The translations under genes and the position numbers were made by a program. From the sequence record NC_019407.1: a stretch of 64,000 nucleotides of DNA. One strand, given 5' to 3'. Of the stretch, positions 18,306-27,616 are shown piece by piece; positions within the stretch are counted from its first letter, which is position 1; each line of letters starts with the position of its first letter. The notes beneath the pieces are model-generated. The model worked only from the letters and a program-made list of their open reading frames with translations. It was not told where the DNA came from and ran no database searches.

Positions 18306-18662
18306 ATGCCGCTCTACGACTTTCCGACCGGACCGACCACGATGGAGGACATCGAGGCGTTCGTCGCCGGCGCCCAGGCGGTGGTGACCGCCCAACTGGC
18401 CAAGGCCTTTCCCGGCGTGTCCGCGCCGGTCCTGGAGATCGCGCCGGTTCACCCGAGCAGCCAGTTCGCCAAGATCGTCGCGGTCGACGCCAGCCAGCGC
18501 TCGGCCTGGGCGTTCGTCCGACTGGAGAACGGCCTGATCTACAAGCCCTCGTCGTGGAAGGTGCCGGCCAAGCATGCGCGTGGCACGATCCACACCGCCG
18601 CGCACGGCGCCGAGTACGTCGACTGGACCGGCCCGCGCTACGTGAAGGACCTGCGTCGATGA
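18306..18662 (+). CDS. hypothetical phage protein
   Basis: GLIYKPSSWKVPAKHARGTI motif. Confidence 0.85.
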   Translation: MPLYDFPTGPTTMEDIEAFVAGAQAVVTAQLAKAFPGVSAPVLEIAPVHPSSQFAKIVAVDASQRSAWAFVRLENGLIYKPSSWKVPAKHARGTIHTAAHGAEYVDWTGPRYVKDLRR

Positions 18663-18925
18663 GGAACTTCTCCGTTCTCCTGTCGCTGCATGACGAGCGC
18701 CGCCTCTACGTGGTCGAGGCGTCGGACCCCGGCAAGGCGGTGGCCTTCGCCAAGCGCGTGGCGGCGGCGCACGACACCGTCGGCTCCAACTGGGAGATGG
18801 AAGTCGTCTTCCACGGCGCTTCCTACCTCGCCATGAAGGGCGCTTCCGTCAAGGTCATCGATCTGCGCTCCAGCGCGCAGGAACAGGAACCGGTGCCGCA
18901 CGCTCAGCGTGGGGGTGGCTGCTGA
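18659..18925 (+). CDS. hypothetical protein
   Basis: Start moved to MRNFSV; ATGA overlap. Confidence 0.72.
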   Translation: MRNFSVLLSLHDERRLYVVEASDPGKAVAFAKRVAAAHDTVGSNWEMEVVFHGASYLAMKGASVKVIDLRSSAQEQEPVPHAQRGGGC

Positions 18926-19338
18926 TGCGCGTCGAGGACGGAAAGGCCATCGTCGATGACGTCTGGGCGGTGGTCAAGGGCCACCTGCCCGGCGCCATCC
19001 ATTTCGTGCGCCTCAACTGGGCCGGTCGCCTGCTGCACGGCGGCGACATGCTCCACTACTGGGGCATCCAACAGCCGACCCAGATTCCCGGCGTCGCCTA
19101 TGTCTGGGACGACGAGACCAATGACGGCCCGCTCGGTGGCTGGATGGGTCCGGAGACCAAGATCATCGCCCGCTTCGCCGACCAGCGCCAGGGCCTGGAC
19201 GTCCTGCGCGCGGCGATGGAGACCAAGGCGCGCTTCGACGCCCTGGTCCGCCAGGGCGAGGACCTGCTGCTCGCCCTCAAGGTCCAGCGTGACCAAGCCC
19301 TGTTCGCGGCCCTGACCCAGGGGGTTTCCGAGGCATGA
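18925..19338 (+). CDS. hypothetical protein
   Basis: TGATG overlap. Confidence 0.78.
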   Translation: MRVEDGKAIVDDVWAVVKGHLPGAIHFVRLNWAGRLLHGGDMLHYWGIQQPTQIPGVAYVWDDETNDGPLGGWMGPETKIIARFADQRQGLDVLRAAMETKARFDALVRQGEDLLLALKVQRDQALFAALTQGVSEA

Positions 19339-19745
19339 GCTTTGCGATCCGCTACTTCCCCGGCCCGCGTCTGGGCTATGGCAAGGTCGTTTCCCGGCAT
19401 GGGATGCACGTCCTCTTTCAGGCCTATGTCGGGAATGAGCCCCAGCCTGGGACCCTGCCCGAGGTCGTTCACTGGGACGACATCATCGAAGGTCGCTTTG
19501 CCTCGGTCGCCAAGGTCATCCTGGCGATCGACGAATCGATGCGCTGGTTCAAGGCCTTGGAAGCCGAACGCGGCGCCGAGCAGTCCGCCGAGGTCCTCAT
19601 GACGCATCTACGGCGCTATGAGCGCGACGACTGCGAGGTTTGCCACGGCGCGCGCGGCGGGGTGCGGGGCAACGAGAACATCGTCGATGGCAAGGTGGTC
19701 TGTGACTACTGCACCATGGACATCCTCGACGCGAGGAAAAGCTGA
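19335..19745 (+). CDS. hypothetical protein with a C-terminal Zn finger
   Basis: CEVC...CDYC. Confidence 0.78.
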   Translation: MSFAIRYFPGPRLGYGKVVSRHGMHVLFQAYVGNEPQPGTLPEVVHWDDIIEGRFASVAKVILAIDESMRWFKALEAERGAEQSAEVLMTHLRRYERDDCEVCHGARGGVRGNENIVDGKVVCDYCTMDILDARKS

Positions 19746-19966
19746 TGGGGGCCTACGCCTACTGCCAGAACCCCGACTGCGGCGCGCCGCAGGATCGCCC
19801 GACGGCCCGCGAGGTCATGGAGCGCGAACGCCGCTGCTACGCCTGCGGCAAGGACGTCCCGGTCTATGACGACTTGGCCGACGTCCTGGAGCGGATGGAG
19901 AGCCGGATCGACGATCTGGAAGCCGAGGTCAAAGCCCTGAAGGGAGAGACCGATGGGCCTGCGTAA
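19745..19966 (+). CDS. small Zn-ribbon protein
   Basis: CQNPDC...CYAC plus a short coiled coil. Confidence 0.78.
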   Translation: MGAYAYCQNPDCGAPQDRPTAREVMERERRCYACGKDVPVYDDLADVLERMESRIDDLEAEVKALKGETDGPA

Positions 19967-20309
19967 AATCCCGCCGCGCTCCTCCTGGTGGATGGGCTAT
20001 GCTCTCAGCACGGCGTTCAAGAAGCCCTCGCACGAGGAGCGGATCGCCCGGCTGCGCGCCGTTCAAGGGCATAGGCTCTCGGGCGCCCAGATGCGCGACC
20101 CACTCATGAAGAAGCTGGTGCGCGAGGGCCTCGTGCGCCTGCATCGCTCGTCGAACGCCGAGCATTACAAGAGCGCCCGAGGCGGCTTCATGAAGTCCAC
20201 CGAGGCCTATCTGACGCCGGCCGGCGAAGCCTATCTGGCGGACCCGACGCCGCATCACGTCCCGAAGTCCGAGCGGACCGAGAAGACCAAGGGGGTGCGG
20301 GGCAAATGA
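19953..20309 (+). CDS. hypothetical protein (wHTH-like)
   Basis: LMKKLVREGLV...YLTPAG. Confidence 0.75.
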   Translation: MGLRKIPPRSSWWMGYALSTAFKKPSHEERIARLRAVQGHRLSGAQMRDPLMKKLVREGLVRLHRSSNAEHYKSARGGFMKSTEAYLTPAGEAYLADPTPHHVPKSERTEKTKGVRGK

Positions 20310-20704
20310 CCGCGACCCGCCAGGAAATCAAGGACGTCCTCGACCGCGTGGCGAACCTGCGCGAGCCCGACCGTGAAGTCGAGCTTGCCGTCTGGAACAT
20401 CGTCAGCACCCAGGGGCGCTGGGCGTGGCACACCCATCATGAGACGATCCACCAGATCGCCAGCGATGGGCGATATGGCTACGGCATCTGCTCGCTGGAG
20501 CGGCTGACCTCGTCGATCAACGACGTGTTGTCGTTCGCCCACTATGCCGATCTCCATTCCCTCGAACTCCTGGAGAAGGGTCTGGCGCGGGTCAAGTTGC
20601 TTCCGCGTCATCTCTACGACCAGGACTACGACGTCCAATTCTTCCTTTGCCGCGACATGCTCATGGTGATCCTGGAGCATTGTCTTGAGAAAGCCAACGC
20701 ATGA
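20306..20704 (+). CDS. hypothetical protein
   Basis: ATGA overlap; PDREVELAVW motif. Confidence 0.78.
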   Translation: MTATRQEIKDVLDRVANLREPDREVELAVWNIVSTQGRWAWHTHHETIHQIASDGRYGYGICSLERLTSSINDVLSFAHYADLHSLELLEKGLARVKLLPRHLYDQDYDVQFFLCRDMLMVILEHCLEKANA

Positions 20705-21090
20705 GCTTCGTCTATCTTGCGATCCCCTACACCTCCCAACTGGAGGACGAGGCCGAAGCCAAGGCCGAGCGCGACGCCCGAATGGTCGAATTCTGGAAGG
20801 CCGCCGCCTTTCTGATCGACCGGGGCGATCACGTCGTCTCGCCCATGACCCTGGAGCCGGCCCTGGTCGCCGTGCCCGACATGCCCTACCGCTGGGAGCA
20901 CTGGAAGGAATACTCGATCAAGATGATCGGGATTTCGTCGAAGCTGGTGGTTCTGCAATTGCCCGGCTGGTCGACCAGCCGGGGTGTCATCGGCGAGATG
21001 CACGCGGCGGGCGAAGCCGGCATCGAGATCGAGTTCCTGACCCTTCAGACGGTCGCGACGTGGTTGAGCACCAGGGAGATTGAAGCGTGA
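20701..21090 (+). CDS. DUF1937-like protein (nucleoside 2-deoxyribosyltransferase-like fold)
   Basis: VYLAIPYT...VVSP...W...LVVLQLPGWSTSRGVIGE pattern. Confidence 0.75.
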   Translation: MSFVYLAIPYTSQLEDEAEAKAERDARMVEFWKAAAFLIDRGDHVVSPMTLEPALVAVPDMPYRWEHWKEYSIKMIGISSKLVVLQLPGWSTSRGVIGEMHAAGEAGIEIEFLTLQTVATWLSTREIEA

Positions 21091-21542
21091 TCCAGTTCCT
21101 CAAGGACATCACGGGCGTCACCGCGCGCGCCGAAGCCCTGGAGCGCGCAAAAGCCAAGGCCCTGCATGCCAATCAGTTGGCCCAGGCGCGCAAGGTCGGG
21201 GAATTTCAGGTGGTGCAGGAAGACCGCAAACTCTTCCACTATCAACTGTTTCTCACCCCCTCCACGCTCGACGGGTCTTGGTTTTACCTGGGGAGCTACG
21301 GCCACATCTGTAGCCGGGTCAACGCCCACTCCTTCTCGTCTCTGGAAGAGGCCAAGGTGGCGGGTGCGGCGGCGGGCGCTCAATGCCGCGAGCGCATCGC
21401 CGGCGAGATGGAGCGCCAGCAGCAGTTCCGCAATATCTACGCCCCGCCGGAGTTCCTGGCCAAATCCGTCAACGCCTTCAAGTCGAGTGAGGACCTGCTG
21501 ATCGAGGTCGCGCGGACGGTGTCCCAGAGGTACCAGCGATGA
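21087..21542 (+). CDS. hypothetical protein
   Basis: GTGA overlap. Confidence 0.75.
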   Translation: MIQFLKDITGVTARAEALERAKAKALHANQLAQARKVGEFQVVQEDRKLFHYQLFLTPSTLDGSWFYLGSYGHICSRVNAHSFSSLEEAKVAGAAAGAQCRERIAGEMERQQQFRNIYAPPEFLAKSVNAFKSSEDLLIEVARTVSQRYQR

Positions 21543-21805
21543 GCGCGGTCGCTCTGAAGTTCGACACGCTCGCCGACGCCGAGATGGCGGTCGCCCAGGC
21601 GCTCTATGAGCACTGGGTGCGGAGCGAGCGCGCGCGCCATGTCACCTGGAACATCCCCGGCTGGGTCGAGCCGCCCGCCTGGGCGGACATGAACTGGACC
21701 GAGCGCACGCACTGGCTGGTCGAGGCCGGCCTCGTCGTCGACTGCCTGCTCGAATTCGTCAAGAACAACCCCGGCGCCTATGGAGAGAGCCATGAACCGT
21801 CGTGA
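21539..21805 (+). CDS. hypothetical protein
   Basis: ATGA overlap. Confidence 0.75.
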   Translation: MSAVALKFDTLADAEMAVAQALYEHWVRSERARHVTWNIPGWVEPPAWADMNWTERTHWLVEAGLVVDCLLEFVKNNPGAYGESHEPS

Positions 21806-22412
21806 ACTGATCCTGGGCGCCGGCGCGGTCGTCGCGGCCTCGGCCCTGCCGAGCGTGGTCGAGGCCGCGCGCATCGAGCCCATTCGACGCTTGCTCCTGG
21901 AAAGCGGCTTCGTCCAGCACGAGACCTTCGCCACCTCTTGGATGGCGATCTGGACGGAAGACTCCCACGCCTCGCGGCATGCCGAGGTCGTCCGGGCCTG
22001 GATCGACGAGACGGTCCAGAGCGGCTATCTCAAGTGTGGCGGCGAGACCTACATCCTCGATAAGCACGTGCGGCTTCCGCAGGTGGACTTCACGATCTCC
22101 CCGGCCGACAAGGTCTGGTCGCACTGGTCGGGCTGGGTCGAGGAGGCAGGGCTGAAGGTCGTCGTGCGCGTGCTCGCGTCCGATCCCCAGGTCGATGCGA
22201 CCTTCGATCCGGTCTATCTGATGAAGACCCGCTGGCAGACCGACGGGACCCAGGCTCCGGAGGAGACTCGCTACCTCGTCCGCCGGCCGCTCCTGCGTTA
22301 CCACGAGGAACGCGAGCTTCGCTACGCCCTCGGGGACACCGCCGGCTACTCGCCGAACTCGTTGATCGAGTTCGACAATAGCTGGCTTCTCGATATGGCG
22401 AAGTCCGCATGA
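21792..22412 (+). CDS. protein with a twin-arginine (Tat)-like signal peptide
   Basis: MNRRELILGAGAVVAASALPSVVEA-A. Confidence 0.72.
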   Translation: MNRRELILGAGAVVAASALPSVVEAARIEPIRRLLLESGFVQHETFATSWMAIWTEDSHASRHAEVVRAWIDETVQSGYLKCGGETYILDKHVRLPQVDFTISPADKVWSHWSGWVEEAGLKVVVRVLASDPQVDATFDPVYLMKTRWQTDGTQAPEETRYLVRRPLLRYHEERELRYALGDTAGYSPNSLIEFDNSWLLDMAKSA

Positions 22413-22912
22413 TCCGCTCGACCGGAGAAGCGCCTGAGACCCGCGCCGGCCGTCTTGCCGAGGGCTATGCCGCGCAGAAAGCCGTGATCAAGAAGCTGCT
22501 GGACAGTCCGCCCGAGGTGGTGAACGCCCATTGGCAGCATCTGAGCGCGATGATCTGGGCGCACTGTGATCTGCGGGTCCTCGGGGAGTGGCAGGAACGG
22601 CCGGTCCGGGGCTGGATCGCCGAGCACATCAACGCCCCGTTCGACATCTGCCTTTCCCAGGACGGGAACGGCCGCACGATCAGCGATACTGATCTGGCGA
22701 TCTCGATGATCTCCAATCTGCTCCCGACGGCCTCGATCGAAATTAGAAAGTGGCCTCCCGGCGGAATCCAGATGCCCTGGGAGTTGAGGCTGGACACGCG
22801 CTTCAGCGCCGGCCGCCACCAGGGCCTTCTCTGGGGTTTCGGTCACAACATCGCCCAGGCCGCTTGGCGCGCCTATTTCAGCTACGTCAACAAGGAGCCC
22901 ACCGATGTCTGA
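22409..22912 (+). CDS. hypothetical protein
   Basis: ATGA overlap. Confidence 0.75.
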   Translation: MIRSTGEAPETRAGRLAEGYAAQKAVIKKLLDSPPEVVNAHWQHLSAMIWAHCDLRVLGEWQERPVRGWIAEHINAPFDICLSQDGNGRTISDTDLAISMISNLLPTASIEIRKWPPGGIQMPWELRLDTRFSAGRHQGLLWGFGHNIAQAAWRAYFSYVNKEPTDV

Positions 22913-23123
22913 CGTCTTCGACGAGGTCGAGCGCCGCCTGAACCGCCGGCGTCCCGGCTTCTGGATTCACAAGGCCGCCATCGCGATCATCGTGGTGATC
23001 GGCCTGTTGGTCGTCGCTGGCGGCGCCATCCAGGTCTTCAATCCGACCCTGGCGGTCCAGTGGCAGGCCAAGCAGGATGCGGCCTATGACCGCGCCTACG
23101 AAGAAGCCCGGCGGGCCGAGTGA
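22905..23123 (+). CDS. small membrane protein
   Basis: Single TM AAIAIIVVIGLLVVAGGAI. Confidence 0.78.
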   Translation: MSDVFDEVERRLNRRRPGFWIHKAAIAIIVVIGLLVVAGGAIQVFNPTLAVQWQAKQDAAYDRAYEEARRAE

Positions 23124-23614
23124 TGGTGATCTTCGCGCCCGAATACACCTGGGAGGAGATCGGCACCGATGTCGCCGTCGGCCTGACCGAGGCGGTGATC
23201 CGGGGCGAGGCCGCGCCGGTCTGCGTCGGCTCCTCGCTGCACGCCATGGAATTCCACGTCATCTGGCGCGGCGATCTCTACCGGGCCTTCACCGGCATGG
23301 GGAGCGATCCCGACTGGACCTGCGCCGAGAAGGGCGTGCGGGTCCCCCATCCGCTGGACGGCAAGAAGATCGACGAGATCGAGAAGGACCGGCATCGCGA
23401 CGAGGAACGCTACCGCCGCGAGATCGAGACCATGCCCGGCCGGCACCTCTACATCTGCCGCAAGACCGATGACCTCCAGGACATCCTCGCCCGCATCCCG
23501 ATGGACCTGCGGATGCGCCACGAGATGTCGAACATGATCACCCTCCTGGCCCGGATGATGCTGGTCCAGAACTCCACCCGCACGCTTTCCCGCTCCAAAC
23601 TCGACCGGTTCTGA
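23120..23614 (+). CDS. hypothetical protein
   Basis: GTGA overlap. Confidence 0.75.
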   Translation: MMVIFAPEYTWEEIGTDVAVGLTEAVIRGEAAPVCVGSSLHAMEFHVIWRGDLYRAFTGMGSDPDWTCAEKGVRVPHPLDGKKIDEIEKDRHRDEERYRREIETMPGRHLYICRKTDDLQDILARIPMDLRMRHEMSNMITLLARMMLVQNSTRTLSRSKLDRF

Positions 23615-23615
23615 C

Positions 23616-24137
23616 ATGACCACCCAACGCCTCGATTTTTCCAGCGACGTCAACTGGCCCCCGAAGGTCGACTTCGATCTCAAGAAGCTGCGCTACGACG
23701 TGGCGGTCGAAATCCTGGAGACCCTGTGGCCCAAGCACCGCCACGACAAGCGCCACGACCTGTCGCTGCTGGGCTCGCTCTGCAAGGTCAAGTTCGGCGC
23801 GGCGGGCTTCAAGGCCGACGACATCAAGGAGCAGACCCTGGCGGTCATGCGCACGCTCGAAGCGGCCAACTTCGTGCGCAACGACGGCGGCGACTGGCAC
23901 CTGACGGCGACCGGGGCGATCTGGGTCCTGGTGGCCCGGACTGCGCCCTCGGGCTGGGCGACCGAGAGCGCCCTGCTCCACCACATCGAACTGGCGACCT
24001 TCCCCGCCGCCGAGATCATCTGGGCGGTCGAGTCCTGCCCCTATTTCCACATCCGCAAGGGAAGCCTGTTCGACGACAAGGTCTTCGATCTCCAGGCCTA
24101 CCAGCAGCCGCTCGATGGGTGGAACGGATGGCGCTGA
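23616..24137 (+). CDS. hypothetical protein (wHTH-like centre)
   Basis: MRTLEAANFV...WHLTATG. Confidence 0.75.
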   Translation: MTTQRLDFSSDVNWPPKVDFDLKKLRYDVAVEILETLWPKHRHDKRHDLSLLGSLCKVKFGAAGFKADDIKEQTLAVMRTLEAANFVRNDGGDWHLTATGAIWVLVARTAPSGWATESALLHHIELATFPAAEIIWAVESCPYFHIRKGSLFDDKVFDLQAYQQPLDGWNGWR

Positions 24138-24664
24138 CCCCCGAGGCCTGGGACAGCCTGATCCTCAACCTGCGGACCGCCGCCGAGGACAAGGACCGCG
24201 AGGCCTGGGACGACGCGATCCAGGCTCTGGAAGCCGCCTTCGATGAGCATGTCGAGGGGCCGCTGGAGAGCCATCCCAACACCCTGGCCTGGAAGAAGAG
24301 CCTCGAAGAGAAGACGCGGTTCCTGGCCGGCTGGCGCCACTGGGGCGGCGGGGCGCGCGACGTCCCCGACGCCTACCGGGGCGACCCGCACTTCAACCGG
24401 GGCCGGTCCGGCGCGGCGATCGCCCAGGACATGAGCGCGGTGAAGGACCTTGACGCGTGTCACCACCCGGTCAAGCATCGGATCGCCGGCGGGGATAATC
24501 AGGTCCTGCCGCGCCACCCGGCCGTCTACGGCTCCTACGCGGTCGAAATCTGCCGCCTCTGCCGGGGGTGGACCCTGGTTCAGCACGGGACGCCCCGGTG
24601 GCGTCCTGGTCCGTACTATGACGCCTACGAGAAGGCGACGCGCGAGGAAGAGGAGCGCTGCTGA
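24128..24664 (+). CDS. hypothetical protein
   Basis: Start moved to MALTPEAW. Confidence 0.75.
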   Translation: MALTPEAWDSLILNLRTAAEDKDREAWDDAIQALEAAFDEHVEGPLESHPNTLAWKKSLEEKTRFLAGWRHWGGGARDVPDAYRGDPHFNRGRSGAAIAQDMSAVKDLDACHHPVKHRIAGGDNQVLPRHPAVYGSYAVEICRLCRGWTLVQHGTPRWRPGPYYDAYEKATREEEERC

Positions 24665-25359
24665 TGCTCTATGTGTTCGGGGATATCCACGGCCGCCTCG
24701 ACCTCCTGGAGAAGGCGCGACACGAAATCCGTGTACGCGGCGACTGCACGCAGATGATCTTCCTCGGGGACTATGTCGATCGCGGTCCCGAGAGCAAGGG
24801 CGTCGTCGAGGCCGTGATGGCGCTTCAGGCCCAGGGCGAGATCGCCCTGATGGGCAACCACGAGGAAATGATGCTGACCGCCTGTCAGATCAAGTCCTAC
24901 AACGCCATGTCCAAGCTCTGGGTGTCGAACGGCGGCAAGCAGACCCTGAAGTCCTACGGGGCCGGCGACAATGCCTGGAACGCCAAATGGGACCTGATCC
25001 CCCAGGAGCACGTCGACTGGCTGGCGCGGCTCAAGCCGATCCACGAGACGCCGGGGCGGGTGTTCGTTCACGCCGGCCTCGCGCCGGGGGTGGCGATCAA
25101 GATGCAGGAGGAGGAACACCTTCTCTGGATCAGGGACAAGTTCCTCAACGCCTCGGCCGCCCAGTTCGAAAAGCACGTCGTCCACGGCCACACCCACACC
25201 CATGCGCGCAAGAAGATCGAAGAGCCCGAGCTTCTCGCGCATCGGACCAACCTCGACACCGGGGCCTTCTACACGGGCGTCCTGGCCGTCGGGGTGTTCG
25301 ACCCGGACGGCTACGGCGGACCCGAGGAGGTGCTGTTGATCCGCGAGGACGACGCATGA
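24664..25359 (+). CDS. calcineurin-like metallophosphoesterase (lambda/PphA-type Ser/Thr phosphatase family)
   Basis: GDIHG, GDYVDRG, GNHE, FVHAG and HGHT motifs. Confidence 0.93.
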   Translation: MLYVFGDIHGRLDLLEKARHEIRVRGDCTQMIFLGDYVDRGPESKGVVEAVMALQAQGEIALMGNHEEMMLTACQIKSYNAMSKLWVSNGGKQTLKSYGAGDNAWNAKWDLIPQEHVDWLARLKPIHETPGRVFVHAGLAPGVAIKMQEEEHLLWIRDKFLNASAAQFEKHVVHGHTHTHARKKIEEPELLAHRTNLDTGAFYTGVLAVGVFDPDGYGGPEEVLLIREDDA

Positions 25360-25940
25360 TCCCCGACTTCGTCCAGAAGGCTCGCAAGCTCCTGGGCCTC
25401 TACGGCGACAAGCCCAAGGTCAAGCCGGTCGATCCCGCCGCGCCGCTGGGTAGGGCGAACGGCGGGCAGGTCTTCGGCTCGCCGGTTCCGCAGGTCGTTT
25501 CCGGAAGCAGTCATGGCTTCATGGGCGGCCCTGGCGGCGGATCGATCCACACCGGCTCGGGTCACGGCGTCATCATGATGGGGGCGGGCGGTGGCGGCTC
25601 GGCTCAAATCCTGGTCTATAACGGCGCGACGACGACGTGGGCGCCAATGCCCGAGGCCGTGGTCAAGACGGTCGAGAAGCCCAAGACGCGGCCCGGCCTG
25701 ACGGCGGGAGAGGACGAGGTCATCACGACCATGGTTCGCTATGGCGATGTCGAACTGGTCCTGGAGCGCGACCGCAGGTTCGCCTTCGTCCGTTTCGGTC
25801 TGGAGCTTGCCTATCCCCGCGTCTCGGGCCGGATGCTCAAGTCCTTGATCAAGAAGGGCTATCTGAAAGCTATCGAGCATGACGAGATGGGCGGGCCGCA
25901 GGTGGTGGTGGTCGTGGCGGGCAAGGTTGCAGTCTGCTGA
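25356..25940 (+). CDS. hypothetical protein with a Gly-rich centre and wHTH-like C-terminus
   Basis: Start moved to MIPDFVQ. Confidence 0.75.
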   Translation: MIPDFVQKARKLLGLYGDKPKVKPVDPAAPLGRANGGQVFGSPVPQVVSGSSHGFMGGPGGGSIHTGSGHGVIMMGAGGGGSAQILVYNGATTTWAPMPEAVVKTVEKPKTRPGLTAGEDEVITTMVRYGDVELVLERDRRFAFVRFGLELAYPRVSGRMLKSLIKKGYLKAIEHDEMGGPQVVVVVAGKVAVC

Positions 25941-25960
25941 ATTTTGTTGGCGTTAGAACG

Positions 25961-26012
25961 TTGACAGCCTCGGCGTGATGTCATAAAAGCCTCCTCGACG
26001 ACAACGAGGAGG
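25961..26012 (+). promoter_or_regulatory. class-B promoter cassette
   Basis: TTGACA-N17-TAAAAG-N7-GACGACAAC; CCTCCTCG/CGAGGAGG inverted repeat. Confidence 0.88.
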
Positions 26013-26017
26013 CCCAC

Positions 26018-26437
26018 ATGGCTTACGCAATTCCGGACCTGAGCACGTTCACGTTCCACGACCCCAAGGTCGAACGGTTCGCCAAGGCGATGATCTCGAC
26101 GATCGAGACTGCTCAGACCATCCTCACGGCCTTCGCCAACGATCTCGCCGACAATCCTCTTCAGGCGTTCGAGCATAGCTACGGCGCCAAGATGGCCGCC
26201 GCCCACAGGGACGTCGCCAAGGGGCTGCTCAACGAGGTTCTCGACGCGCTGCTGCACGGTCAGGACAAGACCTGGGCCTACATCGGCCAGGACCTGCGCG
26301 AGCGGCTGATGTATCGCGTGATCTACGCGGCCTCGAACCCGCCGCGCTCGACCAACGTCGAAGGCAACGACATGGCCCGCTTCGTCCTGCGCGCCGAGGC
26401 CGACATGCTCGACCGCATGACCAAGAGCCGCTTCTGA
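26018..26437 (+). CDS. hypothetical protein
   Basis: SD GAGGAGG. Confidence 0.85.
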   Translation: MAYAIPDLSTFTFHDPKVERFAKAMISTIETAQTILTAFANDLADNPLQAFEHSYGAKMAAAHRDVAKGLLNEVLDALLHGQDKTWAYIGQDLRERLMYRVIYAASNPPRSTNVEGNDMARFVLRAEADMLDRMTKSRF

Positions 26438-26751
26438 TGCGGATCGTCGACTTCGCGACGTTCGTGACGCTTCCGGCTGGGACCCTCTACCAGGAGATCG
26501 ACCAGTACGGGAGCCCCATCAGCGCCCTGGCGATCCGCCACGACGTGCTGTTCGACGGCGATCGCCCGTTCGACTTCATCTACGAGGAAATCCTCTACCA
26601 GACGGCCGACGGCTTCCTGGGCGACCCGCCGAAGCTGGCCGAGTTGGGGACCAAGCGCTGGGGGCTCTTCGATGACGAGACCCTGTTCATCGTCTACGAG
26701 ACGCAGGACCGCGCCCGGCTGGCCAAGATCATCCTGGGAGATGCCGCATGA
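26437..26751 (+). CDS. hypothetical protein
   Basis: TGATG overlap. Confidence 0.78.
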   Translation: MRIVDFATFVTLPAGTLYQEIDQYGSPISALAIRHDVLFDGDRPFDFIYEEILYQTADGFLGDPPKLAELGTKRWGLFDDETLFIVYETQDRARLAKIILGDAA

Positions 26752-27131
26752 AGCCGCTCGACGAACGCATCCGTGACGCGATCGACACCCCGCGCCCGGC
26801 CTGGATCGAGCGCGTCGGGAGCCGCTATCAGGTGATCACCAAGGGCGTGCTGTTCCCGAACACGCGCAACCCGGTCGGCAAGACCTGGGCGCTGCGCTCT
26901 GGCGCCCTGACCTACATCCGTCAGCAGTATCTCACCCTGCTGGAGGGCGACTGCCCGCTGCCGGCCGCGACCCAGGAGCAGCGCGACGCCTACCAGAACG
27001 AAGGGCGCGAGCGCCGCGCCGTCGTCGAGCAGTTGGCGACGGAACTGGATCGGCCCTACACGGACGTCTGGCGCGTGGTCCGCGACCTGGAAGCCCAGGG
27101 CCTGCTCCGCTTCGAGGAGGCCCGCCCATGA
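26748..27131 (+). CDS. hypothetical protein (C-terminal wHTH-like)
   Basis: VWRVVRDLEAQGLL. Confidence 0.78.
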   Translation: MKPLDERIRDAIDTPRPAWIERVGSRYQVITKGVLFPNTRNPVGKTWALRSGALTYIRQQYLTLLEGDCPLPAATQEQRDAYQNEGRERRAVVEQLATELDRPYTDVWRVVRDLEAQGLLRFEEARP

Positions 27132-27349
27132 CGCCGCAGACCCAGAGGACCTTCATCCTGTCCGGCGTGGGCTTCTTCCTCGGCTTCCTGCTGGTGTTTG
27201 GCCTCATGAGCGCCACGCAGGCCTCCTACAACCGAGGCTATCGAGACGCCAAGGCCGACACGCGCCGGGACGAGCCGGCATGCTTCGTCACCGAGCGCTG
27301 CTACCTGGGCCAGGACGCCGACGGGCGGTGGTTCATCGAGCCGAAATAG
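27128..27349 (+). CDS. small membrane protein
   Basis: TM FILSGVGFFLGFLLVFGLM. Confidence 0.78.
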   Translation: MTPQTQRTFILSGVGFFLGFLLVFGLMSATQASYNRGYRDAKADTRRDEPACFVTERCYLGQDADGRWFIEPK

Positions 27350-27363
27350 TTGGCGTTCAAGTG

Positions 27364-27408
27364 TTGCCAAGCCTCTCGGCTTGCGCTACACCCATCGTCG
27401 ACGACAAC
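27364..27408 (+). promoter_or_regulatory. class-B promoter cassette
   Basis: TTGCCA-N17-TACACC-N7-GACGACAAC, then GAGGAGG. Confidence 0.8.
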
Positions 27409-27421
27409 GAGGAGGCCCCCC

Positions 27422-27616
27422 ATGCCACACCTGAGCAAGACGCCGTTCGACTTCGACTTCACCAGTGACGCTTTGGCGGCAACGCTGGAATTCGAGCGCA
27501 ACACCGCCGAGTTCTACCGCTACGAGACAGTCTTCACATCCGGTCGTGCGGCAATCCACGTTCTCGTCATGGAAGAAGACGGGAATTTCGTCGGCTTCGT
27601 CTCGGGTGAAGCCTGA
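27422..27616 (+). CDS. hypothetical protein
   Basis: Start moved to MPHLSK after GAGGAGG. Confidence 0.78.
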   Translation: MPHLSKTPFDFDFTSDALAATLEFERNTAEFYRYETVFTSGRAAIHVLVMEEDGNFVGFVSGEA

